Virus record (IMG/VR): IMGVR_UViG_3300037419_000871 | Strand: one strand, 5' to 3' | DNA: 64,000 nt | Origin: a virus | Notes under the pieces: model-generated | What the model was told of the DNA's origin: nothing | What the model saw: only the letters and a program-made list of their open reading frames with translations | The model's database searches: none | Made by a program: the position numbers and the translations under genes | Part shown: piece by piece, positions 36,854-46,264 of the stretch | Position numbering within the stretch: the stretch's first letter is position 1 | Layout: each line of letters begins with the position of its first letter

Positions 36854-37060
36854 CTAAGCCGGATCCGATTTCTCCGAATTCCACTCGCAGCCCGCCAGAA
36901 CCTTGAACTCCTGGCCCTTGGCATTTAGCTCTACCGCCTTGGCTTGGACACGCGCCACCTCGTCGAGGCACGCTGCATACGTCTCGACCGGCTGGCGCTT
37001 AACAAACGGCTGCGTCATACCGGGCGACAGCAGCATGACGACGAAAATGATTTTCAGCAT
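36854..37060 (-). CDS. small secreted hypothetical protein
   Basis: MLKIIFVVMLL, two Cys. Confidence 0.6.
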   Translation of the reverse strand: MLKIIFVVMLLSPGMTQPFVKRQPVETYAACLDEVARVQAKAVELNAKGQEFKVLAGCEWNSEKSDPA

Positions 37061-37094
37061 GTGCGACTCAGCATGGGTGGTCCTGCAGCAATGA

Positions 37095-37171
37095 TGGAGC
37101 GGGCCGTGGGAATCGAACCCACCTAGAACAGTTTGGAAGACTGCCGCCTTAGCCCAGACAGCCAGACCCGC
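37095..37171 (-). tRNA. tRNA-Gly(TCC)
   Basis: Acceptor GCGGGTC/GGCCCGC, anticodon arm GCAGT-CTTCCAA-ACTGT, T-arm GTGGG-TTCGATT-CCCAC, U73, encoded CCA. Confidence 0.88.
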
Positions 37172-37251
37172 TAAAAACAAACGAGGAGGGCGAAACCCGC
37201 AACCGTCTTGGCATTCGGCCCATGGGCCTTATAGCGCCAAGCAACGCCTCG

Positions 37252-37407
37252 CTATGTCGTTACCCCGACGTCTGCGTCCGGCATAAACACAAAATGCCAG
37301 CCCGCATCTTCCAGAGCCGCAACAATATCTTCTGACGCCGTGTCCGGGTCGTCGTGGTCCCACAACTCTTCCCGGATAATCTCAATGGGCTTGCGGGAAT
37401 GGGTCAC
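37252..37407 (-). CDS. small acidic hypothetical protein (51 aa)
   Basis: MTHSRKPIEIIREELWDHDDPDTASEDIVAALEDAGWHF, read by hand. Confidence 0.45.
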   Translation of the reverse strand: MTHSRKPIEIIREELWDHDDPDTASEDIVAALEDAGWHFVFMPDADVGVTT

Positions 37408-37615
37408 GGCGGCACCAAGAAGGCCGGCACCACGTAGAGCGCCGGGTGCCTATGGTGAACCATAGGCGGGGAATTTGTAGACGGGCGAAGCGTGCTGAAA
37501 CGGCCTCTGGGGCTTTCGCCGTGAAATTACTACATGCCGACGTGACGTAGCCCGTCAAAGGAGAAAAGAACCCCTTCACTAAACCAAGTTCCCCAGATGG
37601 GTTCTAGGGACGTTT

Positions 37616-38545
37616 TTATGCGGCGCGGCGTAGCTCTGCTATTGCCGCGTCCACCTCCAGCACGGCTTTACGTTCCGCCTGCTTGGTATTGCCCCAGTTC
37701 TTAGCCGTCGCAATCTCCCGCATCGTCATGCCTGCCAGCGCCATATCAAGCACGTCCGGCACCGCATGGCCGTTGGCATCGATAGCCGCGATCATCGACA
37801 TCTCAGCAGCGTCAGGCGCACCAACGAACGAACCTTCCGTGGCCATGGCGTTTGCGTCAGGCTTCCCACAAAGGAAGTCCACCTTCCACGCCATGCCGGG
37901 TTTACACAACGTCACATTGGCTTGCGGGTTGGCCTCTGCGCACTGCTCTAGCGTCCGCGTACCATCGACACCATGGCTTGCCAGCAGATCGCGCAACTTC
38001 GACGGCACAACATACCCAACTGCCGCAGCGGTAAGCCGGACCAGAACATGGCACGCGCTCGGGTATCTGGTATCCGGCACCCATGCGGGCGGCATCTTAC
38101 CAATGCCGCGGAGCGACATCAGCCATGTTCCGTGCGCGTTGTTGCCCGCGGCGAGCGCTTTCGAAGTCTTGCGTCGACTGCCCTTTGGTTTCTTGTAGCC
38201 GTCCTTAGGCTTGAGCCAGAACTCCTCGCCCTCCTTGTTTAGGATCGGTGTGCCATCCTCCGCCGCTGCCCGGTATTCCGTCAGTCGGCCCTTGGCATCG
38301 AAGCGCAACCCGATTACGCCTTCTGGGTCCGGCTTGCCGTCCTTCACGGTGATGGCCGCGCGCCTGACTTCTTCGATGGTGGGGCGCATTACCATTTCGC
38401 TGTCGACGCCAATCCCTTCCGTTATGGGCACGTTGTCGTTCGCTACGGTGTTGCGCGCCTTAACGATATTGGCCAGAAACTCTGCATCGTCCTGACGGCC
38501 TAGTCGGATGAGGCGGGCGAACAGGCGGCCTGATGTCGGCTTCAT
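37616..38545 (-). CDS. putative late-gene transcriptional regulator with C-terminal sigma4/LuxR-like HTH
   Basis: VLDMALAGMTMREIATAKNWG; last early gene before tRNA and packaging operon. Confidence 0.55.
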   Translation of the reverse strand: MKPTSGRLFARLIRLGRQDDAEFLANIVKARNTVANDNVPITEGIGVDSEMVMRPTIEEVRRAAITVKDGKPDPEGVIGLRFDAKGRLTEYRAAAEDGTPILNKEGEEFWLKPKDGYKKPKGSRRKTSKALAAGNNAHGTWLMSLRGIGKMPPAWVPDTRYPSACHVLVRLTAAAVGYVVPSKLRDLLASHGVDGTRTLEQCAEANPQANVTLCKPGMAWKVDFLCGKPDANAMATEGSFVGAPDAAEMSMIAAIDANGHAVPDVLDMALAGMTMREIATAKNWGNTKQAERKAVLEVDAAIAELRRAA

Positions 38546-38730
38546 ACGCGCGCTCCTTCTAGCGCGGCGGCGCCAGCCTCAGTGAGTTTTGCCGTCGCCC
38601 CAAATGGATCATATTCGATCATGCCGCTATCCTGCAGGTTTGAGAGAATCCGCAACATTCGCTTGGAGCGCATCGCCCTGCTGGCCGATTCTTCTAGGTT
38701 TCGGCAAACATCAATTTCTTCAGTGTTCAT
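38542..38730 (-). CDS. small winged-helix-like protein
   Basis: LQDSGMIEY...KLTEAGAAAL. Confidence 0.55.
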   Translation of the reverse strand: MNTEEIDVCRNLEESASRAMRSKRMLRILSNLQDSGMIEYDPFGATAKLTEAGAAALEGARV

Positions 38731-39170
38731 GGTCTCTCCCCGTTATCATTCCCCGCCAACCACCCCCGCACCACCGATACCGCCTGTATCGCGCTGTCGG
38801 CCTCCGTGGCGGCCTTAATCACCGCCTGGTATCCAAACCCCAGACGCGCCAGCAAAGCGCCCCTGTCGCGCTGCTCTGGCGACAAACGGCCCTTAGCGGC
38901 CTTGAACTCGATCAGGCCCAGCCGCCCGCCCTCAAGGTAAACGCGCAGATCGTGCTCCCCGGCAACGAGTCCGGTTGCTTTCATGATGGTTGCGCTCTGC
39001 CGTGAGCGCCGGCCTGCCGCCATGTCGGCCGCGAGCGTGAACCGCCTGCCGAATTCCGGCATAGCGCGCAGCGCCCTGACCGCACTGGCCTGTATCTTCC
39101 ACTCCGGCACGGTGTCAGTCCGCCGCACAACGCGGGTGCCGTTTCGTAGCTTGGTTGTTTTGAATCCCAT
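38727..39170 (-). CDS. VRR-NUC domain nuclease
   Basis: PEWKIQ, GEHDL, IEFKAAKGRLSPEQ. Confidence 0.85.
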   Translation of the reverse strand: MGFKTTKLRNGTRVVRRTDTVPEWKIQASAVRALRAMPEFGRRFTLAADMAAGRRSRQSATIMKATGLVAGEHDLRVYLEGGRLGLIEFKAAKGRLSPEQRDRGALLARLGFGYQAVIKAATEADSAIQAVSVVRGWLAGNDNGERP

Positions 39171-39271
39171 GCCACCAACTCCCGCTCGTCGGCGGATGTT
39201 TAGGGTGGCGGGAGAAAATAAATTTGCGGGCGTGGTGGACCCGTAAGCCCGTGGCGGGCTAGCCTGTCGCC

Positions 39272-39490
39272 ATGCGCAAGTTTGTCCCAACGCTGATCCT
39301 GGTCGCCGCGGTAGTGGCGATTGTTTGGGCCGCCTCCAACAACAAGCCACTAGAACAACCGCGCCGCTATGGTGACGTTGCCAAGGCCGAGTGCGTCCGC
39401 GGGGCCGGGCCGGAGCGCGATAGCCAGGAGGCCTGTCTGTCCGGCAAGTTGCTGCGCAAGGCGATAGAGATGCAGGCGGCGGATAGGTAG
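39272..39490 (+). CDS. small membrane-anchored protein (antisense moron)
   Basis: N-terminal TM, two Cys. Confidence 0.6.
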   Translation: MRKFVPTLILVAAVVAIVWAASNNKPLEQPRRYGDVAKAECVRGAGPERDSQEACLSGKLLRKAIEMQAADR

Positions 39491-39529
39491 GTTGCTAGAC
39501 CAGATTGTGGCAAAGTTGGGGCAGCAGAA

Positions 39530-39790
39530 TTGCACACCACCTCCACCTGCACACCTCTGGTTTTGAGGTGGATATCCGTAACCTCATCCCCCACCTGCCC
39601 CCCACCCCCGCCCCTAAAGGGGGACGGGGTGGGGTGGTGCAGGGATTCTTATGCTTCGTGGTGTGCAATGCCCACCACCCAAAAGCAGGGCACGTGCAGG
39701 TGGATAAACAGGCCAGCCGGGAAGGTGGATTGTGGCGACAATGCGTCATTTGCACCCCACCTGCACAGCTAGGTGGATAAGGTGGCTGTT
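39530..39790. repeat. putative replication origin: AGGTGGAT/CACCTGCAC repeats around a C/G inverted repeat
   Basis: Non-coding, directly downstream of primase-helicase; CCCCACCCCCGCCCC-TAAA-GGGGACGGGGTGGGG. Confidence 0.55.
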
Positions 39791-39857
39791 GCAGATATGG
39801 CACAAGAAAACCCAGCCGCGAGGCGGGTCATCCTTCTCTATCGCGTTGTTTTCTACC

Positions 39858-42116
39858 TCACACCGCCGCTCTCGCCGGCCTCACAAACTTGATTTTCCTC
39901 CCCACATGCCGCGGATCGTCCTCGTCCACCTCGGCCAAGATGCCGTTGGCGATCCACGAATCCAGCGCCGCCTTGATGCGCCGTTTTTCCGGCGTCATGG
40001 CGCGGCTGGTTTCTATGTCGGCGCCCATGGCTTGCGCCAGGACGTAGCCGGCCCAATCGGATGACTGATCGCTCGCGCGGCAGTTCTGATTAGCCAGCCG
40101 CACCAGCACCTCGGCCCGCACGTCGTCTGGAATGGCCGCCGCAACGGCATCCTTGGACGGCCAGTTCCACTCCGTCACGACGCCGGCATGGTCTTGCGGC
40201 TTCAGGATGCCGGTGCCATTGCCTAAAGGCACGCTCTCCATCTTGCGCCAATGCTGACTGTTGTCGAGCTTGGTCAGATTGGCCTTGCCGTAGTGGATCC
40301 AGAAGTAGCTAAACCTGTCGTTCGGGTCTAAGCCCGCCTTGGTGGCCTGATCCTCTGTCATGCGGTTTAGCACCCGCACGGAACGCGCCGCACCAATCAG
40401 CGACACGGCTCCGCGGGCATCCTCCACGGTGGCCTCGCGGTCGGACATTTTGCGCAGGTGGTGTACCACGTCGACGGCGCAGTTGGTCATGTCCGCGATT
40501 TGCGCCCACAGCTTGGCCACCTTGTCGATCGCGCCGTTGTCGTTCTCATTGACGTGGTGCGTCGACACGAACGGGTCAATGATCATGACGTCGATGCCGT
40601 GGCGGCGGATTTGCTCCACGACAGCCTCGACAACCGGCTTGTTGATCTTCAGGCCGGTTTTCTTATCCTCCTCCATGATGACAAGTTCCTGCTCGCGTCC
40701 GGTGTCGAGGAACAGGCGGCCGGCGATGTCATCAGGCGCAAGATTGTAATGGAGGCATGCGGCCATGATCCGCCGGTCCATTTCGTCGCGCGGATCCTCG
40801 GCGTTGAACAGCCAGCAAGACAGGCGCGTGGGTGGCTTTGTGCCTGCCAGCGGCTTGCCTGACACCATAGAAAGCGCCTCCACGATACTGTTGGACGTTT
40901 TCCCCAAGCCACCCGGCGAGACGGTTACAGACACGAATTTGCGGATGTAGTGTGTACCGAACGCGAACTCTCTGCGGGGTAGTTTCTTGGGATCTTTGTA
41001 GGTGAACGGCGTGGCTGTGAAGGCTGGGCGCTCGGGCGCTGGAGTGTTGTCTTGCGTAAGCGATACGAACTCGGGGTCGGCGCCGTGGTTGCCCGGCTCT
41101 GGCGCGTGGTCAGCGCCGGGTGCTGCGGGCAGCGCAACGTCGTGCGCGCCGGTTTTGGCGGTTGCACTGGCCTTCCGTAGCCCGTTCTCAATCATCTTGG
41201 TAATGTCGATCAGCCGCGTGTTGTCGCCACGATCCGGCGCCGGGATATCGCGCGGTTGCTGGATGCCCGCAGCCAACCCGTTCTCGATTGTCTTGCAGCA
41301 CCGCGCCCAATCACGGCCCCAGCCGCGCGCAACGTCCTGCAGCAAGGCGCGCGCTTCGGATTCCGACAAAGCGCCGGCACCGACGAATGTGCCGAGGCAG
41401 AACGAAGCGTCGTTGAGAGAGTTGTTCCTCGACCCCATAGGCGCGCCGGCAAGTTCCGCCAACTCACGGTCAACCGCCGCGTTGACGTATGCGCTGTTGG
41501 TGTGGGAGTTGCCCGCGCGGATGGTTGTTTGCTCAGGCGCGCGTCGCACGACCAAGTCTAGCAACCACGCAGGCGCATCAGCGATGTCCGGTATCTTGTT
41601 GGCGTCGGGTTGCTCTACCCATTTGTAAGCGCGGCCATCAGACATGACGCTGCCGGCCGCGCAGACGTACCCGCCTTCCGAACGCAAATCCACGCCCGCG
41701 CCGAGGTTGCCGCGGTTGCGTGTGCCGTCGACGTATTTAAACAGGTAGTGCATTCCACCGTTGGGCGATTTAACGCGCGCGGTCTCTGGCAGCGGCCCGT
41801 GCTCCGCTTCCATCTCATGCAGCCACTCGAACCCATTTGCGGCTCCGGGTTTGTTGTCCACGTCGAGGACGAAGAACCCAGCATCCTTGCCGGTGGGAAT
41901 GCCTACGGCCGCATCCGGCCAGTCGTTGAACCAACGCTTGACGATGTGCGCAAACCGCGTTGCCCCGCGGAAGCCGTTTGATGTAAGAGGCGTTTTCTCG
42001 CCAAGCGTTGTCACCTCACCTGTATACGGGTCGGTGGTTTCCTCCGCGCGGCTGCGGCACGGGAAGACCTTCAGGCCCTGCGAGACGTAGAAGTTGGCGA
42101 GTTCAAGCGGCGTCAC
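39858..42116 (-). CDS. bifunctional primase-polymerase fused to AAA_25 (RepA-like) helicase
   Basis: VFPC..KTP, VLDVD, HYLF, DLRSEGGYV; SPGGLGKT Walker A, IIDPF, VVHHLRK. Confidence 0.92.
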   Translation of the reverse strand: MTPLELANFYVSQGLKVFPCRSRAEETTDPYTGEVTTLGEKTPLTSNGFRGATRFAHIVKRWFNDWPDAAVGIPTGKDAGFFVLDVDNKPGAANGFEWLHEMEAEHGPLPETARVKSPNGGMHYLFKYVDGTRNRGNLGAGVDLRSEGGYVCAAGSVMSDGRAYKWVEQPDANKIPDIADAPAWLLDLVVRRAPEQTTIRAGNSHTNSAYVNAAVDRELAELAGAPMGSRNNSLNDASFCLGTFVGAGALSESEARALLQDVARGWGRDWARCCKTIENGLAAGIQQPRDIPAPDRGDNTRLIDITKMIENGLRKASATAKTGAHDVALPAAPGADHAPEPGNHGADPEFVSLTQDNTPAPERPAFTATPFTYKDPKKLPRREFAFGTHYIRKFVSVTVSPGGLGKTSNSIVEALSMVSGKPLAGTKPPTRLSCWLFNAEDPRDEMDRRIMAACLHYNLAPDDIAGRLFLDTGREQELVIMEEDKKTGLKINKPVVEAVVEQIRRHGIDVMIIDPFVSTHHVNENDNGAIDKVAKLWAQIADMTNCAVDVVHHLRKMSDREATVEDARGAVSLIGAARSVRVLNRMTEDQATKAGLDPNDRFSYFWIHYGKANLTKLDNSQHWRKMESVPLGNGTGILKPQDHAGVVTEWNWPSKDAVAAAIPDDVRAEVLVRLANQNCRASDQSSDWAGYVLAQAMGADIETSRAMTPEKRRIKAALDSWIANGILAEVDEDDPRHVGRKIKFVRPARAAV

Positions 42117-44031
42117 GGATCACCTGTGTCTGGTTGTTGTTATTGTCGTTGGCGGCGGTGGGCGGCATCAGCCGCTGTATGCGCCGTCCTAGCCACGCGA
42201 AAAGCGGCACTGCCCAACTATTCCCCAGCGCCTTGTAGCGCGGACCGTCAGCCGCCAAGCGCGCAACGTCCGCGCGCGTCAGGTTCTTCGGATTACCGCG
42301 GGCCATGTACTTGACCCAATCGGCGTCGAGTTTCGCTTCGCTGACCTTGTTATACGGAATCGCGGTGTAGTCCGGCGACCACCAACGGCCGGCGTCGTCG
42401 AGCCACGCGCCGGGGTAGTCGGGACTGCATAAGAATTGAAACCCCTGCAGACGCTCGCATTCGCGCGGCGTGAGACGTCGGACGGCGGAGGTTAGCACAT
42501 GCGGCTTATCCCCACCGCCTGAGCTTGCGCGCAGCGCGGTGGCAACGTCGCCACCTAGTTCTGCCGTCGCGCCGCCTTCACGGCCACGGAGGGCGACGGT
42601 GCAGACCGCCATAGGATCGTGACGTCGCAAGGTTGGTGATAATTCTGCCGACGCGTCCGCTCCGAAGTCTACAGACTGGAACGCAATCGCAGGCATCACA
42701 CCCGCATTAGCATGGCTCGTGGTGTGTCCGCCGGCGCGTAGAGTTGGCGCTAGGTCGGTGGAAGCGTCGGCGCCGTAGTCCTTGGCGCTAAACGCGATGA
42801 CGTGAGGCGGGCGAGAGGGGCGGTTCTCCCCTTCGGCCCGCAACGTCCCAGCCACGTCGTCTTGCTTCCACCAACCTTGTCCAGTCTCGTGCATGACCGT
42901 TACAATCGGCGTGCCGCGACCCGTGCCGTCTTCCGATCCGTCCGCACCTTCGGCTTTCAACGCGTGACTGATAGGACCAGTGACGCCTACCGCAACCATA
43001 GTCGTCGACTCGTAGTCCTGCGATGAACCCTCGCGCGTTGTGTCGCAACGCGCGATCTCGGGTGCGTAAGCGACAGCAGAACGTGAGTGCCCGTCAGTCG
43101 TTAGAGTTGGTACGATTTCTTTTTCAAGTGTTACCATCTCTTCGTGTGCAGACTTTCGACCGTTGGGCCGCCCCTTATTCATATGAAGAAAGCAAGCCAC
43201 AACCGGACCATGCCCGCGCGTATCTCCGGTACGCTCTACTCCCCGGCCACTTGCCGTAAGGCTTGGTGCAACTGCGGCGGCAATTCCTTGCCCCGTTTCT
43301 CTGCTCGGCGGAGAATCCCGGCGCACGCTTTCTGGCTCAAAAAGAACCGCTGCGGGATCGGCCCCGTTTCCAAAATCTGCGACAACGATGACACGCTTGC
43401 GTCGTTGGGCCAGTCCGAAGTATTGGGCGTCGAGGACACGCCACGCCGCACGTCCTTTGGGTCCAGCGACCATACCCGCGTTAGGCCAGCGACGTCCCTT
43501 TGGTGGTGGTAGGGCATCTGCTGCGCCCACAAGTCCGGCGAGGAAACATCCGAAGGCGTTGTCTTTAGTTGAGAGAACTCCGGGTACATTTTCCCAGACT
43601 GCATTCCGAAGTCCATTGCCATTTGTCGTGCCATTGCCGGCGAGTTCATGAGCGAGCCTTACGAATTCGAGAGAAAGATTACCGCGCGCGTCGTCTAATG
43701 ACTGACGCAGACCGGCAACACTAAACGCCTGGCATGGCGTGCCGCCACACAGGATATCAACACGGCTAAGCGTAGCTGTATCGATCTTGGTGAAGTCGCC
43801 AAGGTTAGGTACACTTGGATAGTGATGCGCGAGCACCGCAGACGGAAACTTCTCAATCTCCGAAAATGCCACGGCCTGCCACTGCGGCCACGCTACGGAC
43901 GCCGCTTCAATGCCAGAGCATACGCTCAGGAAGCGCAGCGCCCCTGCGTTAGCCGGTGCGCAATGACCGCCACAATAATCTCCGCGGTCGTATCGTGCAG
44001 CGTCTGGACAATTATCATTCGCGTACTCCAT
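42103..44031 (-). CDS. C5 cytosine DNA methyltransferase with long repeated TRD region
   Basis: SVCSGIEAA (I), GGTPCQAFS (IV), WENVPG (VI), QRRKRV (VIII), LTPRECERLQGF (IX), YKALGNS (X). Confidence 0.93.
   Translation of the reverse strand: MEYANDNCPDAARYDRGDYCGGHCAPANAGALRFLSVCSGIEAASVAWPQWQAVAFSEIEKFPSAVLAHHYPSVPNLGDFTKIDTATLSRVDILCGGTPCQAFSVAGLRQSLDDARGNLSLEFVRLAHELAGNGTTNGNGLRNAVWENVPGVLSTKDNAFGCFLAGLVGAADALPPPKGRRWPNAGMVAGPKGRAAWRVLDAQYFGLAQRRKRVIVVADFGNGADPAAVLFEPESVRRDSPPSRETGQGIAAAVAPSLTASGRGVERTGDTRGHGPVVACFLHMNKGRPNGRKSAHEEMVTLEKEIVPTLTTDGHSRSAVAYAPEIARCDTTREGSSQDYESTTMVAVGVTGPISHALKAEGADGSEDGTGRGTPIVTVMHETGQGWWKQDDVAGTLRAEGENRPSRPPHVIAFSAKDYGADASTDLAPTLRAGGHTTSHANAGVMPAIAFQSVDFGADASAELSPTLRRHDPMAVCTVALRGREGGATAELGGDVATALRASSGGGDKPHVLTSAVRRLTPRECERLQGFQFLCSPDYPGAWLDDAGRWWSPDYTAIPYNKVSEAKLDADWVKYMARGNPKNLTRADVARLAADGPRYKALGNSWAVPLFAWLGRRIQRLMPPTAANDNNNNQTQVIRDAA
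43236..43649 (-). CDS. alternative-frame ORF nested in C5 MTase
   Basis: 137 aa, same strand, shifted frame; SDWPNDASVSSLSQILETGPIPQRFFLSQKACAGILRRAEKRGKELP. Confidence 0.6.
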   Translation of the reverse strand: MNSPAMARQMAMDFGMQSGKMYPEFSQLKTTPSDVSSPDLWAQQMPYHHQRDVAGLTRVWSLDPKDVRRGVSSTPNTSDWPNDASVSSLSQILETGPIPQRFFLSQKACAGILRRAEKRGKELPPQLHQALRQVAGE

Positions 44032-44399
44032 CACCACGGAATCTCCCTGCTCACAATCTCCCGCATGCTGTCGGCGTATGCGATAAACCCCAGCCGCCAG
44101 AACGTCGCCCACTCCTCTTCCGTCAACGTGGCAAGGTCTGTCTTTTGTATGGAGTCAAGGTATTCTCCGCCTGCGTTGCCGCCGTCTTCCAAGGCGCGTG
44201 TTTCGAACTCGTCCAGTTGCTTGCGTGGCATGTGATAGACCTTTGGTAATTTGGAGCGGACGCCGTTGTGTGTGTCGTCCAGGCATTCCCAGCACCCCCA
44301 TTTGATGGGTGCGCGGTCGTGCGGGGCATAGCCGATGTTGTCGTGGCGGCGTTTGCAGATGAAGCAAACGCCAACAAGTTCGTGGGCTAGGCTGGTCAT
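44031..44399 (-). CDS. CxxC-containing conserved phage protein (DUF6511-like)
   Basis: CFICKR...CWEC; GGEYLDSIQKTDLATL. Confidence 0.7.
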   Translation of the reverse strand: MTSLAHELVGVCFICKRRHDNIGYAPHDRAPIKWGCWECLDDTHNGVRSKLPKVYHMPRKQLDEFETRALEDGGNAGGEYLDSIQKTDLATLTEEEWATFWRLGFIAYADSMREIVSREIPW

Positions 44400-45979
44400 G
44401 CTGCGAACAAGTCGGCTTGTGGTGTGTTGTCGTTTGCCGGTTGCGCGGCTTGCGCCGTAGCTACTGGCAACGATGGAGCGGTAAGTCGCCGCTTAATGTC
44501 CTCCACATATTCCGCCTCGCGCTCGATAAGTACCGCACGGAAGCCTTCGCGCTCTGCCGCCTCTCCGGTCGTCCCCGATCCCGCAAATGGATCCAAGACC
44601 GTCCCGCCGGGCGGTGTGATAAGGCGGGCCAACCAAGACATAAGGGCCACGGGCTTGACGGTTGGGTGTTTCGATCCGGCGCGGTCGGCTTTGCTGGCTT
44701 TTGCTGAATAGAAGAATCGGGCGGCAGAGCCACCTGCGTCCCCGTAACGCATCGCTGCGCCGCCGATACCGAACATGCTGCTTTCGGGTCCGCTGTGTGT
44801 TCCCTCCGCAGCGGTGCGCGCCTTACCAGCGCCGTGCGTATTCGGAAACGCCCCGACCACTTCATCCGAGCCGTCGTGAATTACGTTGGCCGGCCAGCGT
44901 CCGGCACCACTTGGCTTCCAAGTTCCTTCCGTCACGACGCCGCCGTTGATATTCGCCCCATAAATTTTGTTCGGTGTGCTCTTGCCGCTGCGGCCTTCCA
45001 TCTCCGCAACATCCGCCGCACTCGTCCCAACCCTACACCCATCAATATTCAGCGCGCCGGTGCGCCAGCGCAGCACATTCGCGGCGACCGTGCCTTCGGA
45101 CAGCGGCTTGCGCGCGAGCACGATGGGTTCAAACGCCGGTTTGAGCGCGGTGCCCCAGCCCTCCCATTGGCGGGCGGCGTCGAGCACCGGAGTCGGCGCA
45201 AGCTGGCGGCCCGTAAAGCTTCCGACTGTGTTGCCGGACCCGCCGTGCAACCCGCCCGTCGTCTCGATTGTGCCGCGCTGCTTTGCGGCTTCGCCCCACT
45301 CACCTTTGCGCTCGTTCAGCCGCCACACATCGGAGTCCATTTCGTCGCCGAGCGAAAGGAAGGCTTTCAACTGCAGCCACTGTTCCCACTTCGGACACTG
45401 GCAACGATGCAATAGGCGCGACGTCCACCAGCCGCCCATGTCTGACGTGCCCATGTGAGTATCGATATCGCTCCGCGATTTACCGGCGCGATCCGCAGCG
45501 TCCGCTACAAACGTGGTTACGCGCAGAATATCGGGACGGTCGTCGCGCGCCTTATCAATCCCCTTGCTCACATCATGCGACTTCGGAAAACCCGTCCCAT
45601 ATACCCACATCAACGAGTCGCGAATTTCAAATCCCGCATCCTCGATCGCGCACGCCATGCGGTGATACCCGCGCGACGCACCGAACGCGGCGACATGCCC
45701 GCCCGGTTTCAACACGCGCAGGACGTCGACCCAAAACTCTTCGGAGAACGCGGTCTCGCCGGTATCCCAGGTCTTGCCCATGAACCCGGCCGACGCGCGC
45801 ATATATGCGTCGTTGCCCTTTGCTGGCGCAGCGTTCGCACCGCCGAACCGCTTGACGATGGAAACCAGTGCATAGGGAGGATCTGTGACGCAGCTATCCA
45901 GCGAATTATCCGGCAACTGCCGCAGCACGTCGCGGTTGTCGCCGTGGTACAACTCACAATTTCCAATAACTGTTTTCAA
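44396..45979 (-). CDS. N6-adenine/N4-cytosine DNA methyltransferase (beta class) with internal insertion
   Basis: VTDPPY, HPTVKP, VLDPFAGSGTT. Confidence 0.92.
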   Translation of the reverse strand: MKTVIGNCELYHGDNRDVLRQLPDNSLDSCVTDPPYALVSIVKRFGGANAAPAKGNDAYMRASAGFMGKTWDTGETAFSEEFWVDVLRVLKPGGHVAAFGASRGYHRMACAIEDAGFEIRDSLMWVYGTGFPKSHDVSKGIDKARDDRPDILRVTTFVADAADRAGKSRSDIDTHMGTSDMGGWWTSRLLHRCQCPKWEQWLQLKAFLSLGDEMDSDVWRLNERKGEWGEAAKQRGTIETTGGLHGGSGNTVGSFTGRQLAPTPVLDAARQWEGWGTALKPAFEPIVLARKPLSEGTVAANVLRWRTGALNIDGCRVGTSAADVAEMEGRSGKSTPNKIYGANINGGVVTEGTWKPSGAGRWPANVIHDGSDEVVGAFPNTHGAGKARTAAEGTHSGPESSMFGIGGAAMRYGDAGGSAARFFYSAKASKADRAGSKHPTVKPVALMSWLARLITPPGGTVLDPFAGSGTTGEAAEREGFRAVLIEREAEYVEDIKRRLTAPSLPVATAQAAQPANDNTPQADLFAA

Positions 45980-46203
45980 GACAACACCCCCTTCACTCTC
46001 AACGTTTCAAACAACCGCCGCAGCGTGTAACTGCGCACGAGCGACACGACGGTGAACAACAGGCCAATAGCGGCATGTTCACCTGCACCAACGTAAATCC
46101 CGAACATCGGGAAGATTGCCATCTGAGCCGCTATTGCTACGCAATAGCCGATTGCGATGTTGGCTAATGATTCCGCCAAGCTCGCGCGTCTGGATTGTTT
46201 CAT
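45976..46203 (-). CDS. small two-TM phage protein often found beside methyltransferases
   Basis: SLAESLANIAIGY, RSYTLRRLF. Confidence 0.75.
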   Translation of the reverse strand: MKQSRRASLAESLANIAIGYCVAIAAQMAIFPMFGIYVGAGEHAAIGLLFTVVSLVRSYTLRRLFETLRVKGVLS

Positions 46204-46264
46204 AGTATGTGCCCCGCTTGGTCGGGTTGCACGGGTGTCTCGGCCAACGGGCCGCGCACTACTG

